Shown here piece by piece: positions 47,541 through 57,986 of a stretch of 64,000 nucleotides of DNA. The stretch comes from Nitrospinota bacterium (GTDB lineage Bacteria; UBA8248): positions 160,001 to 224,000 of the forward strand of contig JAZAHK010000003.1 of NCBI GenBank assembly GCA_036231405.1, written 5' to 3'. Position numbers and translations under genes: made by a program. Below the pieces are notes generated by a model that was given only the letters and a program-made list of their open reading frames with translations, was not told the origin of the DNA and did not search any database. Numbering within the stretch: position 1 is the stretch's first letter; each line of letters begins with the position of its first letter.

Positions 47541-48794
47541 ATGATTACAAGCGATCAGAATACACATTTACTGGGTATGTCACCACGTTTTCTTAATGGC
47601 GTGTTGGAAGTACCCGTCTATCATATGCGTGGAGGCACTTCGACGGGCATCGTTCTTTTAGAAGATCATTTGCCAAGCGATCTCAAACTGCGGGAAGAAA
47701 TCATCAAACGTATTATGGGCGTCCCAATAAAAGGAAAGGTGGAGTTAAACACCCAAGTCTCTGGGCTCGGGCGTGGAATTCCACAAAGTTGCAAGGTTTT
47801 TATTGTAAAATCGTCAGAACGTGACGACGCAGATATTGACAGCACTTTGGCTCAGCTTGCGCCAACAAAAGCAGTAATTGATTGGAGTGTTAACTGTGGC
47901 AACATGTCGGCAGCGCTGCCAATCTTTGCAGAAGAGATGGGGTTGCTATCGTTGGAGCCAGGCCGATCAAAAATCCGCATTCACAATACTAATACTGGTG
48001 TAGTTGCGCATGCGTTGGTTGACATGCCGAAAGCAGGTGAACCTATGGATGCCTCAACTGAAATACCTGGTGTGTTGGGCGCATGGCCCGGAGTACAATT
48101 AGCTCTATTAAACCCAGTCGGAGCCAAGACAAGCCAATTGCTCCCCACAGGAAATGTGGTCGACATATTCGACGGCATTGAAGCCTCCTGTTTAGATCTC
48201 GCGGTCCCTATGGTCATTATCCGTGCCACTGATTTCAGTAAAACGGCAGCAGAGTCGCCCGAAGACTTGGATGCAGATGCAGCATTTAAGACAAAGCTAC
48301 AACGGGTTTGGGTAGAAGCAGGCATAAAAATGGGTCTCACAGGGACTGATGGGAAGTACTTAACCCCTGAACAATTAGCTGTCAGCGAAACTATTCCAAA
48401 AGCCTGCATAATCTCGCCGCCTTCAGAGGAGGAAAAAACTCTCGGTGCCAATATTAGAGTGCGTTACTTCACACCACAAGGCGCCCATAAGTCACTAGCG
48501 GTTACCGGAGGTGCCTGCCTTGCAGCCGGCTGTTTAGTACCAGGTACTGTGGCCCAAGAAATTGCTGAAAACATCTCAGTACTCGGTCAGGACTTAGCGG
48601 AACATGAGGTGAAAATGGCAAATCCGGCGGGTATTCTAAAAGCAACTATCGAAGGCAAGCAGGACGAAAATGACAATATATCGATGCCTAGTGCCGCATA
48701 CGAACGATCTACACAAATATTATTGCGAGGACATACGCCCGTATACAATGCATCAGATGCGCTTAAATCTTTCTATACAAAGCGCTTTCAATAG
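47541..48794 (+). CDS. PrpF/AcnD-accessory family isomerase
   Basis: MRGGTS, NCGNM, NTNT, LLPTG, HKSLAVTG. Confidence 0.88.
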   Translation: MITSDQNTHLLGMSPRFLNGVLEVPVYHMRGGTSTGIVLLEDHLPSDLKLREEIIKRIMGVPIKGKVELNTQVSGLGRGIPQSCKVFIVKSSERDDADIDSTLAQLAPTKAVIDWSVNCGNMSAALPIFAEEMGLLSLEPGRSKIRIHNTNTGVVAHALVDMPKAGEPMDASTEIPGVLGAWPGVQLALLNPVGAKTSQLLPTGNVVDIFDGIEASCLDLAVPMVIIRATDFSKTAAESPEDLDADAAFKTKLQRVWVEAGIKMGLTGTDGKYLTPEQLAVSETIPKACIISPPSEEEKTLGANIRVRYFTPQGAHKSLAVTGGACLAAGCLVPGTVAQEIAENISVLGQDLAEHEVKMANPAGILKATIEGKQDENDNISMPSAAYERSTQILLRGHTPVYNASDALKSFYTKRFQ

Positions 48795-48884
48795 CACCGA
48801 CAACAAGTATATTAGCAGCTGGATTTTGTGAAGCTGTCAGTAAAATTAAAGATAAAAACAACTAATTTTTCAGTAGCTATAAGT

Positions 48885-48961
48885 TGGTGGGCAGCGTGGG
48901 AATCGAACCCACAACCTACGGATTAAGAGTCCGTTGCTCTGCCTGGTTGAGCTAGCTGCCC
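48885..48961 (-). tRNA. tRNA-Lys(CTT)
   Basis: GGGCAGC/GCTGCCC acceptor stem, ACGGA-CTCTTAA-TCCGT anticodon arm, GTTCGA T-loop, encoded CCA. Confidence 0.95.
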
Positions 48962-48986
48962 AGATTGCTTAGGATAAAATTAGAGA

Positions 48987-50444
48987 TCAAACGGTTTTTA
49001 GATTTATCGATTCTTTCAAAGCGTTAAACTCATCTTCGAAAAAGAACTTTTCTTCACCAAAAGCAGGAGTCAAATCATTTAACCACTTTGCATCTTCATC
49101 ATATTTTGCAAAGAAAGGTTTTTGAACCCAATCAGAATTCCTTCCTTGTATAAATCTCAGCACAAAAACTTTTTCTCCATTTATATTAGAAACACCTTGA
49201 ACCTCGATTTTCCCAGGGTCAGCACTCATGCTTGGCCCTCGAACAGTTCTTCCTAAACCAGATACTTGTTTCAAAGCTTTTGTATAAATATCAGACGCCT
49301 TGACAAGTGGAATTTCAAAAAAACAACGAGCTCCAGTATCTCTTTCAACAAACATATAATAAGGGATAATTCCAAGTTTAACCTGAGTTCTCCAAGTTTG
49401 TGCCCATATATCTTCATGATCGTTTATATGAGCTAGAACAGGTCCTTGACTTCGTATAATTGCACCTGTTTCCTGAACTCGTTTTATCGCTTTACGTGCT
49501 ATATCGGTTTCCGTCTCACGCCAGTGATTATAATGTGCCATAAGAGCTACATGTTTTCCTGATTTTACCGAACGTTCTAGAAGACGAAGTAAATCATCAG
49601 AATCATTATCACTAACAAAACGTTGGGGCCAGAAAGTCAAAGACTTTGTGCCAATTCTAATGGTCTGAACATGCTCTAAACGAGGATCTTCACATAATGG
49701 ATCAAGATAATCTGATAGATTTTTAGTTTTCATCACCATTGGGTCTCCACCGGTGATCAACAAATCTGTAATACTCGTATTTTGGGACAAATACTCATGC
49801 AAATTCTTTGCCTCATGAGATGCAAATTTTAATTCTTTATCTCCCACAAACTGCGCCCATCTGAAACAAAACGTACAATAAGAATGACAAGTTTGGCCTT
49901 GACTTGGGAAAAATAAAACCGTTTCCTTATATTTATGCTGCACCCCTTCCAATATGTCGCCATTTAACCTGGGGACATTCAACTCCATCTGACCAGCAGG
50001 GTGAGGATTCAATTCACTACGAATTTTCTTAACAGTTTGATCGAGAACATCTCTCGCAGGATCTTTCGAAATGAGGGATGCAATTTCATCAAAATGTTCT
50101 TCAGAAAGCATTCCAACTTGAGGAAAAGTAAGTTGAAAAATCGGGTCATTTGGAACATTATTCCAATCGATCAAATTATTAATAACATATTCGTTCACTC
50201 TAAATGGAAGAACAGACGAGACTACCTTCATCGCGAAACGCACGTCACTAGACAAAGATTCAATCTGAGGGATCTTATCTATATGACGATTCGTATAAAC
50301 CTTGAAAGCCTCGCCCCCATAAATAGAAGGAAACTCAACGTCAGTTTTGTACTTTCTTGATAAATCCTCTGTATAAACCTCTTTCGACGTGGTAGATACC
50401 TTGGGGATTCTGAAAGCTTCATGAGAATCTACAGATCTAATCAA
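48987..50444 (-). CDS. KamA-family radical SAM protein (lysine 2,3-aminomutase-like)
   Basis: QHKY, CHSYCTFCFR (CxxxCxxC), TGGDP, IRIGTK, PYY. Confidence 0.88.
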   Translation of the reverse strand: MIRSVDSHEAFRIPKVSTTSKEVYTEDLSRKYKTDVEFPSIYGGEAFKVYTNRHIDKIPQIESLSSDVRFAMKVVSSVLPFRVNEYVINNLIDWNNVPNDPIFQLTFPQVGMLSEEHFDEIASLISKDPARDVLDQTVKKIRSELNPHPAGQMELNVPRLNGDILEGVQHKYKETVLFFPSQGQTCHSYCTFCFRWAQFVGDKELKFASHEAKNLHEYLSQNTSITDLLITGGDPMVMKTKNLSDYLDPLCEDPRLEHVQTIRIGTKSLTFWPQRFVSDNDSDDLLRLLERSVKSGKHVALMAHYNHWRETETDIARKAIKRVQETGAIIRSQGPVLAHINDHEDIWAQTWRTQVKLGIIPYYMFVERDTGARCFFEIPLVKASDIYTKALKQVSGLGRTVRGPSMSADPGKIEVQGVSNINGEKVFVLRFIQGRNSDWVQKPFFAKYDEDAKWLNDLTPAFGEEKFFFEDEFNALKESINLKTV

Positions 50445-50692
50445 AAATTACTCACATAAATTAAAAAAAAATGCAAATCCCTATCTCAAAATGAAGAAAA
50501 GGAGTTACTGTTAACAACAATGTATTATGGTCTGCTACACATATATAACAATTTTAAGCTAAAATCGCAATTATTTTAAATATAACTTTTACAAAAAAAT
50601 TTTCAAAATTCGATAACTATTTGTTTATATTATCCTTAACAATTTCTTCGAATTTTAAGTGTAAAATCAGGAAATGAGGATTTATTTAAAAA

Positions 50693-51592
50693 ATGATTAA
50701 CTCTGAACTCGCTCTGAGCATGAGTATAATTTTTGCAATTGCTTCCTCTTTCAGTTACACAGGTACGTTAATTCTACTACGAAAAGGTATGGAAAGTGGA
50801 AGTTCTACAGCAGCAATACTTTTCATCGATGTTATCGTTGGAACTGGAGGACTTTTAATCGCGTTGTATCTAGGTTCTTTTTCGAGCGTTTCGGTTTATC
50901 AAATATTTTGGTTCATACTCAGTGGTTTCTTTGGTGCCGGTCTAGGTACTATCACTCATTTCATTGGAATTCAAAAAATTGGAGTTAGTCGTGCAACTCC
51001 CATCCACTCTGCCTCTCCTGTTTGGGCTGTATTGCTCGCTATTTTTATTTTAGGGGAACGTCCTCAAAACATCGTCATACTAGGAACCACCTTAATAGTT
51101 ATAGGAGTCTTTCTCCTTTCACTTCCTGAACAAAAAGAATTTGGTAGTTTAAAAGGTTGGCTAAGTAGCGGATTCCTTTATTCTCTTCTCTCTTCAGTAA
51201 GTTACGGCCTCTCTCCTATCTTTGTTAAGTTCGCATTTTCCTACGGAAGGGTCCCTTTTTTAGGAATAGGAATTTCTTTCTGGGTAGGTCTTGCAACCAT
51301 GTTTTTTTATAGAAAATTCATGGAAAATGGAGGTGAAATAGTTGTAGATAAAAGAAGTTTTAAATTATTCACAATCGCTGCTCTATTTAATCTTGCCGCC
51401 TCTGGATTCCTATGGAGCGCATTTTCTTTGGGTGATATTACCATAGTTCTTCCATTAAGCAGGATTACTCCCTTATGGGTTATCATTCTAAGTATCTTTT
51501 TTTTAAAAAAACAAGAGAAAGTGACAATCAGAATTTTTTTTGCGGCAACTTTGATTGTTATTGGAGGCGTTTTAGTCACCTCTGTAACATGA
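50693..51592 (+). CDS. EamA/DMT family transporter
   Basis: About 10 TM helices, IGVSRATP, ILGER. Confidence 0.85.
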   Translation: MINSELALSMSIIFAIASSFSYTGTLILLRKGMESGSSTAAILFIDVIVGTGGLLIALYLGSFSSVSVYQIFWFILSGFFGAGLGTITHFIGIQKIGVSRATPIHSASPVWAVLLAIFILGERPQNIVILGTTLIVIGVFLLSLPEQKEFGSLKGWLSSGFLYSLLSSVSYGLSPIFVKFAFSYGRVPFLGIGISFWVGLATMFFYRKFMENGGEIVVDKRSFKLFTIAALFNLAASGFLWSAFSLGDITIVLPLSRITPLWVIILSIFFLKKQEKVTIRIFFAATLIVIGGVLVTSVT

Positions 51593-51646
51593 GGGGAAAA
51601 TTAAATTTAAAATTTTAACGCTATGCTGTCCATTTAAAGACTTAAC

Positions 51647-52537
51647 TTATAGAAACTTCTGAAACCAGTCAGTTGTCTCTTTCGCTGCCGTTTGAAAATG
51701 TTCGGAATTAGAAAATTCATAAATATGATTATGTCTAGCTTTCGGAAGAAAAACTAATTTCTTAGGTTCTAGACATTTCTCATAAGTTAAAATAGTCTCT
51801 TCGGGGGGAGACATAGTGTCTAGTTCGGCGCAAATAAAAAGAACTGGTCTTGGAGATATCCGGTCAACTACCCAATCAGGCTTATAGCGAAAACAAGCTT
51901 CTACACTCTGAAGATCAAGTTCTGTAACTTCTTCTGAACCATGCTCTTCTTTACTCATTTTTGGTTTTCCAAGTTCAGGATCCTGTGGATAAATGTCATC
52001 CCTAAGAATCATTGTTCTCTCACCCGATACAACACGTTTTCGTGCTTGTTCTCGTACGTAATCCTGGAACTTAAACCAGTCGTAGGGGCTTCGTAAAGAT
52101 TTAAGCCATCTTTCTCCATCGTGAACGCCAACTGCAGAAACAATCACTTTGATTCTCTCATCAAATGCGGCAGCCCAGAGTGCATTTGCACCTCCAAAAC
52201 TTGAACCATATACTCCGATTCGTTCAGAATCCACATATTCTAAAGTCTCTAAAAAAGTGACGGCATCATACGTGTCTTGTGCTTGCTCTAAAGGACGATG
52301 TCTTCCTCGAGTTCCCTCGCTATCACCATAACCTCTATAATCATGTGCAATAGTGATAAATCCTTCTTTTGCAAGCCTCTGTGGCATATCAATTGTCGCA
52401 ATATTCTTTCTTCCACTATAACCAGAAAGACAGATAACTGCAGGAAGAGGAGGATCCCCTTTTTTCCAATTGGAGGGGGTGTAAAGATGCGCGGCAATTT
52501 TAAGATCATCACTATAAAAAGTTACATCTTGTCTCAT
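51647..52537 (-). CDS. Alpha/beta hydrolase
   Basis: DYRGYGDSEG, GSSFGG, D and H of the triad. Confidence 0.88.
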   Translation of the reverse strand: MRQDVTFYSDDLKIAAHLYTPSNWKKGDPPLPAVICLSGYSGRKNIATIDMPQRLAKEGFITIAHDYRGYGDSEGTRGRHRPLEQAQDTYDAVTFLETLEYVDSERIGVYGSSFGGANALWAAAFDERIKVIVSAVGVHDGERWLKSLRSPYDWFKFQDYVREQARKRVVSGERTMILRDDIYPQDPELGKPKMSKEEHGSEEVTELDLQSVEACFRYKPDWVVDRISPRPVLFICAELDTMSPPEETILTYEKCLEPKKLVFLPKARHNHIYEFSNSEHFQTAAKETTDWFQKFL

Positions 52538-52698
52538 ATTATCGTCCTTTTTACACAGAAATAAGAAGAAATCTCAAAAACAATCACGATATAGATCAAA
52601 TGTTCCCTGATTGCTATAATCTGAGGATTACATTCTATTAACATCATACTTTTGCGTCAACTTTAATACCTATCATTGAAACTATTGAAGATATTTTT

Positions 52699-53781
52699 AT
52701 GACATTAAAAATTCATTCTATTATTGCTAGATCTGCCAAAGTACCATTAAAAAGGGAAATTGGTAGTGCTGGCGGGAACAAATCAGTTCTAGATTATCTA
52801 ATAGTAGAACTCAAGACTACAGATGGCATATCAGGTTTTGGATACACCATGGGATTGGGCGGTGAAGGTAGTAAAGCACTTGTCCCTTATATTCATAATG
52901 AATTGGCCCCCCTAGTAATAGGAAAAGACGTTTCAAATCCTGAAAGAATTTGGAATACGCTATGGAGCCCGAACAAAGCAAGAATGCGAGGTGGCTTAGG
53001 TGTCATGGCTATTTCGGCACTAGATACTGCTTGCTGGGATGCTTTTTCAAAAGCAACCTCTTTACCATTACATACAATTTTAGGAGGATTTAGAAAAAAA
53101 GTCCCGGTTTATGGAAGTGGTGGTTGGTTTACCTTTAGTGATGAAGACCTTATCAAAGAGTGTCAAGATTTTATGGAGAAAGGTATTAATGCATATAAAA
53201 TTAAAATTGGGACATTAAGAGACGAAGAACGAATAGCTCTTTTACGTAAAGAAATAGGAAGTGAAATTACTCTTCTAGTAGATGCAAATCAAAAATATAA
53301 TATAAAGGATGCGATTGAAGTTTCTTCAATGCTGGCTACCTATGATGTGAAATGGTTTGAAGAACCTGTCCTTGCAGATTCTATGGATGATTTAGCTGAA
53401 TTTTCTAGAAAAAGTGCAGTGCCAGTCGCAACTGGCGAAAATTCCTATATGCGTTGGGGATTTAGAGAAATTTGTGAACGTAAAGCGGCAGCATACTTAC
53501 AGCCTGACGTAGGAAGGTGCGGAGGGATTACTGAATTTCGTAAGATAGCTCATCTTGCAGAAACATTCAATTTAGACTTATGTAGTCACCTTTTAGAAGA
53601 AGTTTCTGTATGCTTAATAGGTGCAACATCTGCAGGATGTATGGTTGAATATGCAGATTTGCTTCCATCAAACACACTCACACACAACTTCAAGGTTCAG
53701 GACGGCCATATAGAGGTTCCAGAAAGTGCAGGACATGGGGTCTCGTTTACTGAAGATGCTTTAAAAAAATTTTGTGAATAG
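52699..53781 (+). CDS. Mandelate racemase/muconate lactonizing enzyme family
   Basis: KIK, VDANQ, WFEEP, ATGE, QPD, SH. Confidence 0.9.
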   Translation: MTLKIHSIIARSAKVPLKREIGSAGGNKSVLDYLIVELKTTDGISGFGYTMGLGGEGSKALVPYIHNELAPLVIGKDVSNPERIWNTLWSPNKARMRGGLGVMAISALDTACWDAFSKATSLPLHTILGGFRKKVPVYGSGGWFTFSDEDLIKECQDFMEKGINAYKIKIGTLRDEERIALLRKEIGSEITLLVDANQKYNIKDAIEVSSMLATYDVKWFEEPVLADSMDDLAEFSRKSAVPVATGENSYMRWGFREICERKAAAYLQPDVGRCGGITEFRKIAHLAETFNLDLCSHLLEEVSVCLIGATSAGCMVEYADLLPSNTLTHNFKVQDGHIEVPESAGHGVSFTEDALKKFCE

Positions 53782-53794
53782 TTTTAGAAATTAA

Positions 53795-53844
53795 TGGCAC
53801 GTCCAGTTGGAGTCGAACCTAATACCTTCGGATCCAAAGTCCGA
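53795..53844 (-). repeat. Degenerate copy of the 3' 50 nt of tRNA-Arg(TCG), att-like direct repeat
   Basis: 43/50 identity to 57987-58036 by manual alignment. Confidence 0.85.
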
Positions 53845-54048
53845 AGGTATAAGACATTCAATTCATAGAAACCCTTTTTTTAATTTCTATTTGAGACATT
53901 TCAGATAAAATTAATACTCGTGTAGCAAGGAGAGTTAGGTTCGAACATTGGATAAATTGGTTATAACTGCAATTAGAATTTGCTATAATACACTTAAGTA
54001 ATCAATTTTTTACGTATAATGCGATACAAACAAAAAGTGGCATAACAA

Positions 54049-54891
54049 ATGTCTAGTAAATTTAGTAAAGATCAGATAGTTGCGCGCCTCGGTGCTGAGC
54101 GGAGTGCCTCAAAGGTGATTTTTGACGCGCTCTGCGGGAGTGGAATAACGGCTAAACTTGCTTCCCAGGGTGGAGCAGATCTTGTTACCACCTTTAATCT
54201 TGCCCACTACCGGATGCAGGGGCTTAGTTCAATGGCTGGATATCTGCCCATAGGGGATGCGAATGCTACCACTCTTGAACTTGGCGAGCGTTTCATTCTT
54301 AATGTTGTGAAAGAATGTCCGGTGGTTGCTGGTGTGCTAGGGGTAGATCCGACTAGAGACATGTGCCGTTTTGTGGATCGTTTAAAGGATGCGGGATTTC
54401 ATGGAGTAATGAACTGTCCAACAGTTGCCCTGATTGATGGAAATTACCGTACTACCTTAGAAGAGACGGGAATGGGCTTTTCCCTCGAGGTTGACGTTCT
54501 TAAATATGCTAGCCAAATCGGCATGTTCACAAAAGCTTTTTGTACCACTCCTGAAGAAGCGCTTTCTATGGCAGAGGCTGGTGTAAACAACATCATCATC
54601 CATTTTGGAAATAGTTCAGGTGGCACTACCGGATCAAAGACAGTAATGGATATAGATGAATCTGCCCAACTAGCCGCAACAATTTTCGACGTCCTGTCTC
54701 CGAAGTATGCAAATTTGTTCTACACTTGTCATGGCGGTTCGATCGAAGATGCTGCGGGGGTAGAATCCCTTCTGGTGCGCGAACCTCGATTTGATGGCTA
54801 CGTTGGTGGCTCCTCGGTAGAGAGACTTCCTGTTGAAAATTCCGTACTTTCCGCTGTTGAGTCTTTTAAGTCTCTTAGACTTAAAAGATAG
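54049..54891 (+). CDS. PEP hydrolase-like TIM-barrel protein (TIM-barrel signal transduction family)
   Basis: GSGITAK..GGAD, GDAN, PTVALIDG..R..LEETGMG, CHGG, GGSSVERLPVE. Confidence 0.85.
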   Translation: MSSKFSKDQIVARLGAERSASKVIFDALCGSGITAKLASQGGADLVTTFNLAHYRMQGLSSMAGYLPIGDANATTLELGERFILNVVKECPVVAGVLGVDPTRDMCRFVDRLKDAGFHGVMNCPTVALIDGNYRTTLEETGMGFSLEVDVLKYASQIGMFTKAFCTTPEEALSMAEAGVNNIIIHFGNSSGGTTGSKTVMDIDESAQLAATIFDVLSPKYANLFYTCHGGSIEDAAGVESLLVREPRFDGYVGGSSVERLPVENSVLSAVESFKSLRLKR

Positions 54892-54919
54892 ACTCGTTTA
54901 CAAAGGAGAAAATTGTCGA

Positions 54920-56161
54920 GTGTCTGATACTGTTATCGCTGTATTAGCAACTTTGAATAGTAAAGAAAAAGAAATTCACTTTATATGCAAGTCTATTAAG
55001 GCATCCGCTGGCCGTCCATTGCTGGTGGATTTGTCTCTTCAGCCTCATAGGATACCAGGAGCAATGATTTCAGGAGGTCTTCTCGCCGAGGCAGGTGGCT
55101 CAGATTGGGAATCGCTAGCAGACATGGATCGCTTGAGTGCCGCTGAAGTCATGGTCTTGGGGGGAAAGAAAATTCTTTTGGAAGCTTACAATAAAGGAAA
55201 TATTGGAGGGGTCATTGGTATAGGAGGCGCTAACGGCTCCTCAATGGCATGTTCAATTATGAGGGCTCTTCCTCATATTTTTCCGAAAGCGATGGTTAGC
55301 CCAGTAGCCGCGACAGCGGCCGTTCAGTGGTATGTGGCGGAGAGCGATATAGTCATGTTTCCGTCGATTGGAGATCTGTCCTTAAATAGGATAACGCGAT
55401 CTGTCATGGAAAATGCAGCTTCTTCAATTGTCGCAATGGCTAAATTACAGGCTTCTCGAGCCAAGCATTCTGTGCAATCGTCACCACTGGTAGGTTTATC
55501 GTCATTCGGAGGAACGGCGGAATGCGTGGATAGAGTTACGAAAAAACTTGTCAGCCGAGGTTATGAAGTGATTCATTTTCATGCTTCCGGACCTGGTGGA
55601 AAAGCACTTGAATCTCTAGCATCTTCTAAAGAACTTGCTGGTGTTGTCGATTTGACTACACACGAACTAGCAGATCTGGTTGTTGACGGGGTCTATAGTG
55701 CCGGAGATGGGAGACTAAGGGGGGCGGGTCTGGCGGGTCTCCCACAAGTAGTTGTTCCTGGTGCAATTGATCATTCTAATTTTTGGGTTGGTATGGTACC
55801 CGAGCAATTTAAAAATCGAGAATTTATTCAGTACAACGCACAGAGTATTCTAATGCGAACAAGCGCCGAGGAGTTTATGACGCTTGGGCGTATGGTTGCT
55901 GAGCGACTTAATGAAGCCCGAGGGCCTGTTGCCATCCTAATTCCTCAAAGAGGTTACAGCGAACACACGAAGAAAAAAACTCAAAACCTTGAGGGACATG
56001 AAATTGGAAACTGGGCTCAGCCCGACGTAGATGGCGTTTTTTCATCATATCTGCAGAAGCATTTGAAGAAAGGAAAATTTACTGAGCTTGATCTACACAT
56101 AAACGATACAGAATTCGCCGATGCTTGTGCACATGCTTTTTTTGACCTAATGGAAATTTGA
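54920..56161 (+). CDS. UPF0261/Tm-1-like ATP-binding domain protein
   Basis: ATLNSK..E, DLTTHELAD, PQVVVPGAID, LHIND..FA; GTG start after AAGGAG. Confidence 0.85.
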   Translation: MSDTVIAVLATLNSKEKEIHFICKSIKASAGRPLLVDLSLQPHRIPGAMISGGLLAEAGGSDWESLADMDRLSAAEVMVLGGKKILLEAYNKGNIGGVIGIGGANGSSMACSIMRALPHIFPKAMVSPVAATAAVQWYVAESDIVMFPSIGDLSLNRITRSVMENAASSIVAMAKLQASRAKHSVQSSPLVGLSSFGGTAECVDRVTKKLVSRGYEVIHFHASGPGGKALESLASSKELAGVVDLTTHELADLVVDGVYSAGDGRLRGAGLAGLPQVVVPGAIDHSNFWVGMVPEQFKNREFIQYNAQSILMRTSAEEFMTLGRMVAERLNEARGPVAILIPQRGYSEHTKKKTQNLEGHEIGNWAQPDVDGVFSSYLQKHLKKGKFTELDLHINDTEFADACAHAFFDLMEI

Positions 56162-56202
56162 AGTTAACTGACAACCTAGCTATTCGGTTTTGGTGGTGAT
56201 TT

Positions 56203-57915
56203 ATGGATTTTCAGGTACCAATAGAAAATTTCGAAACGGATGTTCTAATTGTCGGAGGTGGTGCTGCGGGCACAATGGCTTCATTTGAGTGCGCGAAAAT
56301 GGGTGTCCAGAGTATTCAAGCGACAAAGGGTCGAGCAACGAGCGGAACAACTACTGTCGCTCGAGGCGGATTTGCCGCTGCTTTGGCAGATGGAGATAGT
56401 CCTGAACTTCACTTAGAGGAGATTCTAAAATTTGGTGGAGAACTGATAGACCCGTTACTAGCTAAGGTTTGGGTTTACGATATTGTAGATGTCGTGAAGG
56501 ATTTAATCTCCTGGGGAGCGGAATTTATCACTAATGATGAAGGGAAACTCGATCTTAAAATGTTTCCCAACCATACTTATTCTCGGGCAATCCACCATTA
56601 TGATACAACCGGAAACATGCTGACAAAAACGCTTTCTCGAAAGCTTCGGTCCAGTGACACTATAGGCCAACACCCGCACACTACCATTTTAGATCTTATC
56701 CTCAGGGAAGGAAGGGTTGTTGGCGCCTGGGGTGTTAACTATTCGAGTGGCTCTCTAGTCACGTATAAAACACGAGAGATCATTCTTGCAACTGGCGGTG
56801 GAAGTGGTTTGTTTTACGTAAACGATAATCCTCCGCAGGTTACTGGAGATGGTTATGTACTTGGCTTCCGAGCTGGAGTTCCGCTGCTGGGTATTGAAAT
56901 GATCGACTTCCAGGCAATGTGTTGCGCACCAGAGGAATTATTTGGTTTCGCCCCACATCCGACTGGATTTATTAACGCTGGGGCAGTTTTTCGAAACCGT
57001 CAAGGAGAAGAATTTCTGAAACGATACTTTCCAAATACTGCGGAAAAAAGCTCGCGAAGCGAAGTAATTCTTGCAATGGCTAAAGAAATTCATGCCGGCC
57101 GAGCCAATCTCACAGGTGGTATTTTCATGGATGCAACGAAGGTGTCCGAGGCTATAATTCAAAAACATATCCCTCATGTTCATAAATCCTGTCTCGCGCG
57201 TGGAATCGATATCATGAAAACCCCTCTTGAGGTAGCACCTGGAAGCCATACGTGGCTTGGTGGACTTAAAATTGACACAAATGGTAAAACGACAGTCTCG
57301 GGCCTGTGGGCAGCGGGAGAAACTGGAGGTGGAATACACGGCGGAAATAGGATTGGAGGTTCAGCCCTCTCTGCCTCCCTTGTTTTTGGCAGAAGAGCAG
57401 GTCAAGCAGCATCTAGATCGGTTAAGGATCATAGGGGAAACACTTCGACGTTTAAGATAAGTATCCCAGAGAAGGAGCGTGCTTGGTTGACCAGTTTGCT
57501 AGAACGTCAACAAGGTCCACTACAGGAAGATGTGCGAATGAAGTGCCGTATGCTTGCGCATGAAAAATTGGGCCCTATCCGAGAGAGCGCAGGAATATCT
57601 GATGCTGTTGCCGAGTACGAGCGCATCGAACATGAGGAAATCCCCAAGATGCGTCTCACGGACGCGGCTCGAAACTCGATTAAGGTCCGCTCTCAAGAGC
57701 TTGAAAGTGCATTTTCAGTACGCAATCTTGCTCTTCTAGGACGTCTATTAGGTACTGCCGCTTTAAATCGAACTGAAAGCCGAGGAATGCACTTCCGCCT
57801 TGACTATCCGAAACCTGATGAGGAGACATGGCGTGTGGTTACAAGGCTTGAGCGCGGGGATAGCAATAAAATCGAATTTCACACCGACCCGGTGAAGGAA
57901 CACACAAAAACCTAA
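56203..57915 (+). CDS. FAD-binding protein, SdhA/FrdA/NadB superfamily (orphan), paralog of 3053-4747
   Basis: DVLIVGGGAAG, NDNPPQVTGDG, HGGNRIGG, RTESRGMHFR.DYP. Confidence 0.85.
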   Translation: MDFQVPIENFETDVLIVGGGAAGTMASFECAKMGVQSIQATKGRATSGTTTVARGGFAAALADGDSPELHLEEILKFGGELIDPLLAKVWVYDIVDVVKDLISWGAEFITNDEGKLDLKMFPNHTYSRAIHHYDTTGNMLTKTLSRKLRSSDTIGQHPHTTILDLILREGRVVGAWGVNYSSGSLVTYKTREIILATGGGSGLFYVNDNPPQVTGDGYVLGFRAGVPLLGIEMIDFQAMCCAPEELFGFAPHPTGFINAGAVFRNRQGEEFLKRYFPNTAEKSSRSEVILAMAKEIHAGRANLTGGIFMDATKVSEAIIQKHIPHVHKSCLARGIDIMKTPLEVAPGSHTWLGGLKIDTNGKTTVSGLWAAGETGGGIHGGNRIGGSALSASLVFGRRAGQAASRSVKDHRGNTSTFKISIPEKERAWLTSLLERQQGPLQEDVRMKCRMLAHEKLGPIRESAGISDAVAEYERIEHEEIPKMRLTDAARNSIKVRSQELESAFSVRNLALLGRLLGTAALNRTESRGMHFRLDYPKPDEETWRVVTRLERGDSNKIEFHTDPVKEHTKT

Positions 57916-57986
57916 AAAAGTGCAATACTTAAAAACTTGCGTAGTAAAAAAATAGCCTAAAATTCCTTACAAACCCTTGTATTTAC

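Noticed and set aside
48885-50444. Functional link between the KamA-like gene and the adjacent tRNA-Lys (EF-P or beta-lysine system)
   Set aside because: No epmA or efp nearby and the protein is longer than EpmB; adjacency alone is not evidence.
53795-53812. TGGCACG as a sigma-54 promoter
   Set aside because: No GC at the -12 position; the sequence is explained as a tRNA-derived repeat.
53795-53850. A functional tRNA with a TTG anticodon
   Set aside because: Only the 3' part is present; the D arm and 5' acceptor strand are missing.
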